Assembly (NCBI GenBank): GCA_003707115.1
Contig: PPNB01000002.1
Location: 682,001 to 716,873 of the forward strand
DNA: 34,873 nucleotides
Origin: Tortispora ganteri
Taxonomy: Eukaryota
Reading direction: 5' to 3'
How positions within the stretch are numbered: the stretch's first letter is position 1; the number at the start of each line of letters is the position of its first letter. The position numbers and the translations under genes were made by a program. Below are positions 21,177-30,250 of the stretch, piece by piece. The notes below the pieces were generated by a model that was given only the letters and a program-made list of their open reading frames with translations, was not told the DNA's origin and ran no database searches.

Positions 21177-21217
21177 GGAACCTATAGCACCAGTTACACG
21201 AATATGTTAGAGACAAT

Positions 21218-22444
21218 ATGTCGGGATTCACCAGATACACTATCCCGCCGCTTGAAGATCATGTAGACTCTTACTCGTTTCAAGATCCAGATGATGACAT
21301 ATTTGCATTAGCTCCCAAAACAGATCCGGATGATTCGGAACTCTACCCGACTGAACTGCCGCCTTATCTTCGAGATCGAACCACAGCGTTTGCTGAAGAT
21401 CTTACTGCGCCTGTACTGAAAGCACCATTGACACCACAAGAGCTGTCGGACAAGTTTCAGAAGTTCTATAGTGAAATTGAACAATGCGCGCTCGAAAAGC
21501 TTAGCGAATCGCATTTCGAGCCGGAAATGCAGCTACGTACCGCTAAAGAGGCTCAAAAAGTGAAAGCTATGATCTGCAATAAAGATAAAATTGCTTTGAC
21601 TTTTGTTGCTTTGGCACAGACTGACGTATGCACACAACTATATAGTAGATTGATCACTCTCCAGACTTCTGGAGACGCAGAGAAAGACGCAATTATAGCG
21701 CAACGGTGTGCATTCTTACGGAAAATATCATTTTCTTTAGAAAACTTGTCTTTGCCTGCCAAAGAAGTTTCCAAACCAGATCTTAATAAATGTGTTTCCA
21801 TTTTAGCTACTATAAACGATTGCACTACTCCTGAAGCGAAGCTTGATGTTATTGTTAAGACGCATAAAGCAATAGCAGATTTCCACTCGTCTCCTAATGC
21901 CGATGCATTGTTACCCTTATTCATCTACACTCTTATCTACATAGAAGTGGATAACATGTTCTCCAATATAGAATATATTAGGCGGTTTCTCTATACTAAA
22001 TTTCTGAATGGGTTATCGCAATACTGCCTCACTACTGCAGAAGCGGCTTTGCAGTTTGTTATGAACCTGGATATGGCGCAATTTAATTCCGACTGTGAAT
22101 GGGATTCTTTTATTTCTCACACTACTGTGAGTGATGTGAAAGAGGATAAACCAGTAGCTCCTCTTCCGGCGGTTTCTTCGTCAAGAGGACTGTTTGGCTT
22201 TTTTTCATCTCCAGAGACACCCTTTAGACCAATCGGTGCGACTCTGGAGAACTCGTATAGATATTTGTCATCAAAAAAACGGACAGACTTAGAACCGGAC
22301 AAGAAACCAACGGCTAAAATCGGAAAACCAATTGATAAATTTCTGCGCAAGAATGCGTCTGATATTACGATCAGCGAAGTTCACGAACTTCTTCAGGACT
22401 ATCAGCGTCTAGTGAAAGAGCTGAAGGATTGTGGACTGTTATGA
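21218..22444 (+). CDS. VPS9-domain Rab5-family GEF (Muk1-like)
   Basis: TPEAKLDVIVKTHKAI, NADALLPLFIYTLI, SNIEYIRRF and YCLTTAEAALQF; C-terminal DITISEVHELLQDYQRL. Confidence 0.85.
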   Translation: MSGFTRYTIPPLEDHVDSYSFQDPDDDIFALAPKTDPDDSELYPTELPPYLRDRTTAFAEDLTAPVLKAPLTPQELSDKFQKFYSEIEQCALEKLSESHFEPEMQLRTAKEAQKVKAMICNKDKIALTFVALAQTDVCTQLYSRLITLQTSGDAEKDAIIAQRCAFLRKISFSLENLSLPAKEVSKPDLNKCVSILATINDCTTPEAKLDVIVKTHKAIADFHSSPNADALLPLFIYTLIYIEVDNMFSNIEYIRRFLYTKFLNGLSQYCLTTAEAALQFVMNLDMAQFNSDCEWDSFISHTTVSDVKEDKPVAPLPAVSSSRGLFGFFSSPETPFRPIGATLENSYRYLSSKKRTDLEPDKKPTAKIGKPIDKFLRKNASDITISEVHELLQDYQRLVKELKDCGLL

Positions 22445-23222
22445 TATTTTTGCATTCGAAAGACGAAATTCTTTCATCAGGATTGAGTCTAAGCATCATG
22501 GTGAGTAATTTTAACAGCATTGTGTCGATTTCGGGACACATTCTAAGAATGAATTTTGTTGTTGTTTGATCGCACGCATCAGGTACGTCATGTGGACGCG
22601 ATAATCTTTCTCCTATAAATGAGTTAAAGTATTGTGGCCAGTTATTCTTGTTCGGGAATCCGAAATCTTTAAATATACGACTAATGACCTGCATTTTAGA
22701 GACTGCTGGCGGCGTCTGTTTGGCTGCCTTGAATTCAATGTATACTAAACCGAGCGACCATACGTCTGTCTTGCACGAATAGGGACAGTTAAATAACATC
22801 TCTGGTGAAGAATAATTAATTGTTCCAGAATATTCTTGCACATTTGTAATGAGCGTAGCTGATCCAAAATCGATTAGTTTCACAGAACCATGACGATCAA
22901 TAAGTATATTAGACGGTTTGATATCTCTATGTATAATTCCTATGCTATGAATATAAGAAAGCGCTTCTATAAGCTGTACTAAAATTGTTTCTGCTAATAG
23001 AGGCGTTGGATTGATGGACTCGATGTACTCGTAGATTATCGTAGATTCACAGTCGATATAAGCCAGCGGTGTAAGGATATTAGGGTGTGAGAGTTGCTTG
23101 ATAATATTAGATTCATAATTGTAATCATTAATGTAATTAAATATTTTATATACAGCTTCTTTTGATTTATATGTGCCTTTTTTAATGGTTGAATAAGGTG
23201 TTTGAGAAAGGATCTTGTTCAT
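22371..23222 (-). CDS. Ser/Thr protein kinase, CDK-related, probably Cak1/Csk1-type
   Basis: HRDIKPSN, DFG, GTINYSSPE, DVWSLG and LNPDERIS; no GxGxxG loop; first ATG at 23222. Confidence 0.75.
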   Translation of the reverse strand: MNKILSQTPYSTIKKGTYKSKEAVYKIFNYINDYNYESNIIKQLSHPNILTPLAYIDCESTIIYEYIESINPTPLLAETILVQLIEALSYIHSIGIIHRDIKPSNILIDRHGSVKLIDFGSATLITNVQEYSGTINYSSPEMLFNCPYSCKTDVWSLGLVYIEFKAAKQTPPAVSKMQVISRIFKDFGFPNKNNWPQYFNSFIGERLSRPHDVPDACDQTTTKFILRMCPEIDTMLLKLLTMMLRLNPDERISSFECKNIITVHNPSALSLDADSPEEVRELR

Positions 23223-23265
23223 AAAACCGAGGATGATGTGTAAAGGAAAAGTGAACCTTCGATTA

Positions 23266-24588
23266 ATGTTTAACAAATCAGTTTTACGCTGTTCACGACA
23301 TATTCTGTGGTCACAAACTAAATCAACATTTAGATATAAATCAACTTTAAGCGATTATTTAAGAAATGTTATAGAAACAACTGGACCTATCACGCTTGCT
23401 GCCTATATGCGACAATGTCTAACTCATCCGCAGTACGGATACTATACTAGTCGTGATCCTCTTGGCAAGGACTTTATAACGTCACCTGAAATCAGTCAAA
23501 TGTTTGGAGAAGTGATCAGTATCTGGTATTTTGTTCAATGGGTACAGCAGAATACCCCTAAATCTTCTAGGATTGTCGAAATAGGTCCTGGCAGAGGAAC
23601 ACTAATGGCCGACATGCTAAGAGCATGGAGTAAAGGGTCTAGTCTCAGGTCTTTCCTTGATTCAATTAACGATATAACAATGATCGAAGCGAGTCATCAT
23701 TTGTTGAAAAAACAACATGCATTATTATGTGGTTCTAACCCGCTAAAAAAGACAGACACTGGTTTTGCTTCTACAACTATAATAGGCAAAAAACCGATAT
23801 ACTGGCACGAAGCCATCACTGACATTCCTTCTGATCTCCCCGTGTACATGATGGCGCATGAATTCTTTGACGCTTTACCGATTCATTCATTTGAAAAGAC
23901 ATCGTCCGGATGGAGAGAACTTTTAGTCGATTATGGCATCGAACCAGACCCGCCATCGTCTCTTTCATTGCCCGGCCAAACTGTCATCAAGACCGCTACA
24001 CACAAACAATCTACATTTCATATTGTTCAGGCAAAGTCAGAAACGCTTTCTAGCAAGCTACTTTCTAGTTCAAAACGCTTTGATTCGCTAAATATCGGTT
24101 CACGTGCTGAAATCTGTCCCGAGGCATTAAACTATGTTGTTCAACTAAGCAACATCATATCTCCATCTGCTCATGGAGCCCTGCTCGTTATAGATTATGG
24201 TGCAGATACTATCCCTGCTAATACTTTCAGAGCCTTCTTTGAAGGCAAAGTAGTCAACCCGTTTGCTAACCCTGGAGAAGCTGATCTTACTGCCGACGTT
24301 GACTTTGGTGCTTTGCGTGAAGCAATAATAAATCAATGTCCTGAAATGGCCGTTCAAGGACCAGTCGAACAGGGCTCTTTTCTGTTATCTTTAGGTATTC
24401 AAACTAGAGCTATGAGACTAGTCGACTCAAAAACAGATGACAATGACAAAAAGAGGATTTTCGACGCATACAAGAGACTTATCGAACGGTCAGGAGGATC
24501 TATGGGCAAAACATACAAGGCATTGGCTATTATTCCTAAACAATTCGCATCTACGGATTTATTGGGATTCGGAGGTACATTTGAATAG
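23266..24588 (+). CDS. NDUFAF7: Mitochondrial protein arginine methyltransferase NDUFAF7/MidA
   Basis: YMRQCLTHPQYGYY, DFITSPEISQMFGE, EIGPGRGTLMAD, AHEFFDALP and DLTADVDF. The start could also be ATG 23233 or 23236. Confidence 0.92.
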   Translation: MFNKSVLRCSRHILWSQTKSTFRYKSTLSDYLRNVIETTGPITLAAYMRQCLTHPQYGYYTSRDPLGKDFITSPEISQMFGEVISIWYFVQWVQQNTPKSSRIVEIGPGRGTLMADMLRAWSKGSSLRSFLDSINDITMIEASHHLLKKQHALLCGSNPLKKTDTGFASTTIIGKKPIYWHEAITDIPSDLPVYMMAHEFFDALPIHSFEKTSSGWRELLVDYGIEPDPPSSLSLPGQTVIKTATHKQSTFHIVQAKSETLSSKLLSSSKRFDSLNIGSRAEICPEALNYVVQLSNIISPSAHGALLVIDYGADTIPANTFRAFFEGKVVNPFANPGEADLTADVDFGALREAIINQCPEMAVQGPVEQGSFLLSLGIQTRAMRLVDSKTDDNDKKRIFDAYKRLIERSGGSMGKTYKALAIIPKQFASTDLLGFGGTFE

Positions 24589-24603
24589 AATACATTATCT
24601 CTT

Positions 24604-25824
24604 TTACTCATCACTACCCATCTCACTGGCCTCGTGAGTGGCCTCATCTGCTATAGGCTCTTCCTCAAGGCCTCCATCCACAGATACATGTTTGGCCTCA
24701 TCATCACTTGCCTCTTGTTCCTCAGAAATTTCGGTATATGGATATGTCTCTGGGTCAAACTCATGTTTGATATTGTTGCGAACTGCCTTTTCGGCATCAT
24801 CTACTTCGTGCACGCTTAGCTCAATCACAGAGACGTGGTTGTTCTTCTGAGCAGCCCCGTACCTCGGGTTTGTTCTTTGTCTCTTCAAATATACACGTCC
24901 AGTGATAGGTACGTAGCGCGCAATTCTTGAATCGGTGTCAATATATGTAACAAGCTCCGATATTGCTTCACCGTTGCGTTTGTAATCCATAATGTAGTCA
25001 CGTTCATGTGTGAATTTATATACCTTATCTGTATGAACCGGAGTTGAAGATTTCTTTTCAGACTGTAGGTCCTCAACGTTTTCTTTCGCCGTATGGAACC
25101 TCGAAACGCATTCTTCTTTACCAATCGAGTATGGACGATATAAATCTGTTGACATTATAGCAGGGTCGTTCTCTTTTTCGTTAGCAGAATGTGCTGGCTT
25201 GATAATTATGTATTCGAGATCTAGGGCGTTCACGTCTGGCAATAGAGGATAAACTTCTTGCGCAAATAAATGCTTTTTTTTTGGATGCTTTAAGGCACCA
25301 TCTGAAATTGACGAGTTCGCACTGACAAACATCTCGTCTATGAGTTTTGCTTGCTGTTCCGGGTCGGCAAATTTCTCAGCATTTTGAGCATCCCATTGAG
25401 ATCTTTCTTTGCCTATATTCAATTCTCCGCGCTGTTTAACCGCTTCGGAGCTGATATACTCCGTTCTTCGTAAAAATGCCACCTGTGGCTGTGGTTTTCC
25501 TGAGGAGAGACGTTGGGCCTTGAAAGAAGCGATATCAACCAACAGAGCTTGATCATCAGGATGCAGTATGGCGCCATCTACAGGTCCCAAAGAGCTCAAA
25601 TCCTCATTAAGGGCTGCAGGTATGTTCAGTAAGTTCAAAGGCATACCAAGTTCTGAATCAATGTCTACATTGGGTAATGTCTTGCCTATTAGAGGTGTGA
25701 CAAACGATGGTTCCAGGAAAGAATCTATCGTTACAGGTATATCCCTTAATGCTGGTGCACTCGGCGGAGGTGGAAGGGCATTCGAATACCTGATTCGAGC
25801 AATATACTCTTGATGCGTCGACAT
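24604..25824 (-). CDS. PAF1: RNA polymerase II-associated factor Paf1
   Basis: QEYIARIRYSNALPPPP, LGMPLNL, LHPDDQALL, FLRRTEYIS and LKHPKKK; acidic C-terminal tail. Confidence 0.94.
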   Translation of the reverse strand: MSTHQEYIARIRYSNALPPPPSAPALRDIPVTIDSFLEPSFVTPLIGKTLPNVDIDSELGMPLNLLNIPAALNEDLSSLGPVDGAILHPDDQALLVDIASFKAQRLSSGKPQPQVAFLRRTEYISSEAVKQRGELNIGKERSQWDAQNAEKFADPEQQAKLIDEMFVSANSSISDGALKHPKKKHLFAQEVYPLLPDVNALDLEYIIIKPAHSANEKENDPAIMSTDLYRPYSIGKEECVSRFHTAKENVEDLQSEKKSSTPVHTDKVYKFTHERDYIMDYKRNGEAISELVTYIDTDSRIARYVPITGRVYLKRQRTNPRYGAAQKNNHVSVIELSVHEVDDAEKAVRNNIKHEFDPETYPYTEISEEQEASDDEAKHVSVDGGLEEEPIADEATHEASEMGSDE

Positions 25825-25935
25825 GAAGAAGATGAGTGGTAACTGTAGATAGTGGACGTGGAGAAGTGTAAAATTTCAGGGTTAGGGCCAACCTTCACCG
25901 GTTCATTTTTTGCACCGATTCGATCGATCTCATTG

Positions 25936-26676
25936 ATGGAATTGATTGAAGACCCTGAAGAACATGTGCTTGAATTGTTTATAAGTAAAGAAGATGAATA
26001 CTATTCTGGTGCGGGAGCTAAAGGGTTAGGCGCTATAGACGGTACAGCGTTAGATTTGGATGTCGTAGTGGGTGACAGGACCTATACTGTACATCAGAAC
26101 CCCGGATTCTTTAACAGTACTGATCCTAGAGGTACTACTGGTGTAATTCTATGGAGAACTTCATTAGAAGTTGCAAAATGGCTTAATTCAAGTCCTAGTT
26201 TTTTGAATTTAGATTGTGTTTTGGAATTAGGCGCTGGAACTGGTCTTCTCGCTTGTACTGTTCCTGCAACAACATATATAGCCACTGATCAGTCGAACGT
26301 ATTAAAGCTTTTAAAAAAGAATCTAAAATTCAATGCAAGTTCACAATCTGTACTGGCTATCGAATTTGACTGGGAATTCCCACAAGAGAGTATGCATGTA
26401 TTGTGTACCAATTCTTTCCCTCCTATATCGCTAATTCTCGCAGTAGATACTGTGTATAATTACGCTTTGATTGATCCATTCGTTAAAAGCCTTGAAACTA
26501 TTGCTAAGCAATGGCCAAATGCAACAATTTTAATTGTACAGCAACTTCGTCAATCTGATGTACTTGAACAACTTTTAAAGGCCTGCTCAGCTAAGTTTTT
26601 AGTGTATTATGTTCAAGACACTCCGCTACCCCGTACAATCTATTGTTCGCATACATTAAAACTTAAAGAAAGTTGA
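25936..26676 (+). CDS. RKM5: Seven-beta-strand protein lysine methyltransferase, Rkm5-like
   Basis: EEHVLELF, GLGAID, GTTGVILWRTS, VLELGAGTG, ATDQ and AVDTVYN motifs; first ATG at 25936. Confidence 0.75.
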   Translation: MELIEDPEEHVLELFISKEDEYYSGAGAKGLGAIDGTALDLDVVVGDRTYTVHQNPGFFNSTDPRGTTGVILWRTSLEVAKWLNSSPSFLNLDCVLELGAGTGLLACTVPATTYIATDQSNVLKLLKKNLKFNASSQSVLAIEFDWEFPQESMHVLCTNSFPPISLILAVDTVYNYALIDPFVKSLETIAKQWPNATILIVQQLRQSDVLEQLLKACSAKFLVYYVQDTPLPRTIYCSHTLKLKES

Positions 26677-26741
26677 ATTAATGCTAGTCGTTCGTAATGT
26701 GTGTGTGTGTTGTGTCAGGTGTCATGATTTGGCATTCATTA

Positions 26742-28415
26742 TCAGCGGCCAGCTCTATTATCTTGCGGGCCGCGTCGCAAAAAGGACAGAAAGTCATCCA
26801 GTTCGTGCTGCGTGTCATCTAAGTCTTCTTGTTCATCGGAACTCAGAGAAAACTCTTCAGACTCTCTAACTGCGCTTATTGCATCATTTGCCGCATAGCC
26901 ATTCGTATTTGCTTTTGCAGACGAAGAGGTATGTTTAGATGCCACAGATCCCCTCCGTATGGATCCCAGCGTTATAATAGACAGTACAGAGTTGGCTATT
27001 GATATCCTCCGGTTAGGTGAGTTCTCGTTGGATTGCGGAAGAGAGTTAAAAGAAGAGTCGTTGTTTCTTCCCATTAACTTCTTTTTCATTGACATGATTG
27101 ACTGGCGAGAGAGTGCTCTAACTCGTCCAAGGTTCTGCCAGGGCTTTTCTTTCAGTGCATAAACCAATGAATCAACAAAACAGTTGATAGGATAAAAGGC
27201 AGAAACAAGAATGTTAAGCCAGACGGGTATATGTGCAAAGAGTGACCATATACTAGCCATTACTGGAAAAAACCATATAAGTATATAAGCGGCAGGGTAG
27301 ATGAACACGTAAGTAAGCTGTCTCTTGAAGACCTCTCTGTCGACTTCTGCAGTATCAGGTTTTGCGCTCTCATCCAAGGATGGAACTTCTTTAGCAAACA
27401 AGAATGTTTGTTGGCGCATAGATGTCATTCGTTTTTCTAATTTGAAATGAGAATCGGTTTCATCGTGGTGCTCACTTAAGTTATCAGTGCCATTTTGTGA
27501 TTGGCGATCCTTCTCAGAACTGCTATGGCTATTATTATTTAACGAACTTTTGCGCTGGTTTTGAGGGTCATCGCACTTCTCATTTTCGCCACGCTTTGTC
27601 AACGGTGAAATAATCGACTCATCTGTAACCCTTCTTTCCTTGGTCGCAGCCAAAGAAAATGATTCGTTTATTTTTTTAGCTTGGTGCTTCGTCGATGTCT
27701 CTCCGATCATGGCAGAACGACGTGTAGCATGTGCGGCCTTCGCGAAGACAGCGCGTGCGTGGAAATATATATAACCATATAATGCCACAATCAGAATGAA
27801 TACAATGTAACGAGGCACCCAGGACAGGAACAGGTTCCAGTATATGGGATCACCGTTCATGTAGCACATTGAGCCGGAAAATACATATGTTTGGTTCGCT
27901 GGAAATCCAATAAATATTAATGATGCTGTGAGAACAGGAATAGCAACCCACAGAAAATATACGATCAATCTATAGTCGTATATTCCACCTTTTGATCGAT
28001 CGGCAAAATTTGGATATCGAACGGCGAGGAAGGAATGCACAGCTATTACCAGAATAGCTACATCTTCAGAACGCGTAAATACAAATAATGTATATCCACT
28101 GGCAGTGCACAACGCCGTATTCGTAGTTTGCAGTTTCACCACTGCGGGGAGAAAGCCTTGTGCAGCAATCCATGCCGATAGCCATAGTTGTGGTAAAGCT
28201 CTGAGGAAATCTGAAACTAGCAACAGAAGTACCAGATGAGTTCTGTATGGCAAACTTCTTTCAGTTCTTGCTTTGATTGCCAGTAAAGTTATCATTATAA
28301 GCCCTGATAATAAAGATAAGCTTGAAGTAAGTAGCGACAAAGAGACGGCCCATTTGACTTCGGCGTCTTCCAGGTCGTCACCGTCATTATATAAGTATTG
28401 CGAGCCCGCGGCCAT
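26742..28415 (-). CDS. Gpr1/Git3-family glucose-sensing GPCR
   Basis: Seven hydrophobic segments, YRTHLVLLLLVSDFLRAL, CTASGY, LSWVPRY, a long third intracellular loop, KRQLTYVFIYPAAYILIWFFP and FVDSLVYALKEKPW. Confidence 0.85.
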   Translation of the reverse strand: MAAGSQYLYNDGDDLEDAEVKWAVSLSLLTSSLSLLSGLIMITLLAIKARTERSLPYRTHLVLLLLVSDFLRALPQLWLSAWIAAQGFLPAVVKLQTTNTALCTASGYTLFVFTRSEDVAILVIAVHSFLAVRYPNFADRSKGGIYDYRLIVYFLWVAIPVLTASLIFIGFPANQTYVFSGSMCYMNGDPIYWNLFLSWVPRYIVFILIVALYGYIYFHARAVFAKAAHATRRSAMIGETSTKHQAKKINESFSLAATKERRVTDESIISPLTKRGENEKCDDPQNQRKSSLNNNSHSSSEKDRQSQNGTDNLSEHHDETDSHFKLEKRMTSMRQQTFLFAKEVPSLDESAKPDTAEVDREVFKRQLTYVFIYPAAYILIWFFPVMASIWSLFAHIPVWLNILVSAFYPINCFVDSLVYALKEKPWQNLGRVRALSRQSIMSMKKKLMGRNNDSSFNSLPQSNENSPNRRISIANSVLSIITLGSIRRGSVASKHTSSSAKANTNGYAANDAISAVRESEEFSLSSDEQEDLDDTQHELDDFLSFLRRGPQDNRAGR

Positions 28416-29494
28416 TGTGATAATAGGAGATTATAAGTAATTTCGAAGTAAAATTACAAAGAAAAAGTAGAAATTGTTTGATTCTACTTCAACTCCTTTA
28501 CTGGCGGGCAAGCCAGCATCCAAACAAGAAAAACAAGTAAGAAACAGTTTGACGACAGCCGTCTCTTGAATGTTTTCACTTGTTAATGTACCACTGAACA
28601 GTTTAAAGCCGTATGCAAATTTGAAAGTTGGGGCTTGAAATAATCAATAACCTAAATTCAATTTATGAATAGCAAATATAACGCTATACAAATAAATACA
28701 AGCTCTTCTACAGGGTTAATTGTGTAGTTTTTGCTCTTTTGACGTATTATGGTAAGGAGCGCTGGACAATAGTATACAAAATCGGTTGTTCGGGCTATTA
28801 TGTAAAACCTTATCGATGATACAGTTTACATGACTTTTCAATGTACGTCATTTCACATATTGTATCTGTTTAGGTAGTAATCGCTAATCAGATTTATTGT
28901 TTCTATAATTTACCTTCTAATAAATATTTCTGTCTAGATATAAATAGCTAGTTAGATGTGACTTTATCATTGATAATGCAGTTTAGCGATGATTCTAGTC
29001 AAACCTTATTTCAAGTGAACATTTCGGGTATTGAATATAAATATTATCTGAACACAATATATTTTATTTTAAGATAATTCACAAATTTAATTTAAAGTAA
29101 CTCATCAATTAAATTTGTGCTTTTAGCTGTTTATTATAGGTGTGAAATGTATTGAGATGAGTTCTGCGAGCCTTTGTAGCCAATGGTACGTAATGCGGAG
29201 TACAGTACCGATCCAACCTTATTCACAGCGGTATTATGGGTGATATATACGGACGGCAATTAAATGCACAAATTTGTAGTTATTTCTGCAAATTTTGCCT
29301 TATAATTGTATATTTCTAGTATTTATTTATTTATTTTAATTCTTAAATAATTTTTTCAAACTCTTAATTTTCTTTAAAATCAATTAAATTTCTTTCCATC
29401 TAGCAATTGCAAATTTGTTATAGTTACTAGATCTACGTTGGCGATCGATCTGTCAAACTCACCTTCCGATACCTTCAAGCATCTGCCATCCAGA

Positions 29495-30208
29495 ATGAAG
29501 TATTTTGTTCCTTTAGAATGTAATCCTGATGTATTTAATGAGTTAGCACACTCAATGGGTGTTCCCAATTCAATGGAGTTTGTGGATGTATACTCGCTTT
29601 CGCAGGATATGTTGGACTTTGTCCCTCGACCTGTCCATGCTTTGATCTTGGTGTTTCCCATTTCGCCCGCCTACGAGGAATACCGACAAACTCAGGATGC
29701 AAATCGACCTGAATACAGTTTATGTGGTGATCAGGAAGACGCTTTGTGGTTTAAACAAACAATAGGGAACGCTTGCGGAACATATGCTCTCATTCATGCA
29801 TCGCTTAACGGCGATGTGCAGAAATCTTTGATCCCCGGATCCTTTTTTGAAAATTTACTTAAACAGGTTACACCTGCAAACCCACTTCATCGTACAGAGA
29901 TTCTAGAACAAAGCAAAGAATTAGAGACTTTGCACTCTAACGTTGCTCAATCAGGCGATACTGAAGCTCCAGCGGCGGACTCCTCAATAGACCTACATTA
30001 TGTATGCTTTACCAAAAGTGCCAAAACTGGCCATATATTTGAGCTTGATGGACGCCGTAAAGGTCCAATTGATCTAGGTCCTCTTGAATCACCAGAATAT
30101 GACGTTCTCTCTCAAAAAGTGACTACTCATGTGCAAGCTTTCATTGACAGAGAATCGGCTTCAGGTAATCCTAATTTTTCTATGATCGCACTGGTTTCAA
30201 ATAATTGA
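29495..30208 (+). CDS. YUH1: Ubiquitin C-terminal hydrolase (UCH-L3 family)
   Basis: PLECNPDVF, PVHALILVFP, KQTIGNACGTYALIH (catalytic Cys), LHYVCF and ELDGRRKGP. Confidence 0.93.
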   Translation: MKYFVPLECNPDVFNELAHSMGVPNSMEFVDVYSLSQDMLDFVPRPVHALILVFPISPAYEEYRQTQDANRPEYSLCGDQEDALWFKQTIGNACGTYALIHASLNGDVQKSLIPGSFFENLLKQVTPANPLHRTEILEQSKELETLHSNVAQSGDTEAPAADSSIDLHYVCFTKSAKTGHIFELDGRRKGPIDLGPLESPEYDVLSQKVTTHVQAFIDRESASGNPNFSMIALVSNN

Positions 30209-30250
30209 AAAAGCTCGTCATTATTATGGTTATATTATATATTAATAAAG

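Noticed and set aside
18314..21181. Target-site duplication of the retroelement
   Set aside because: Flanks AAGAA and GGAAC do not match as a 5-mer; AGAA/GGAA is too weak to call.
29158..29430. Possible upstream YUH1 exon (ATG 29158, GTACGT donor ~29187)
   Set aside because: No good branch point; joining to nearby TAG acceptors gives immediate stops; ATG 29495 already yields a complete UCH.
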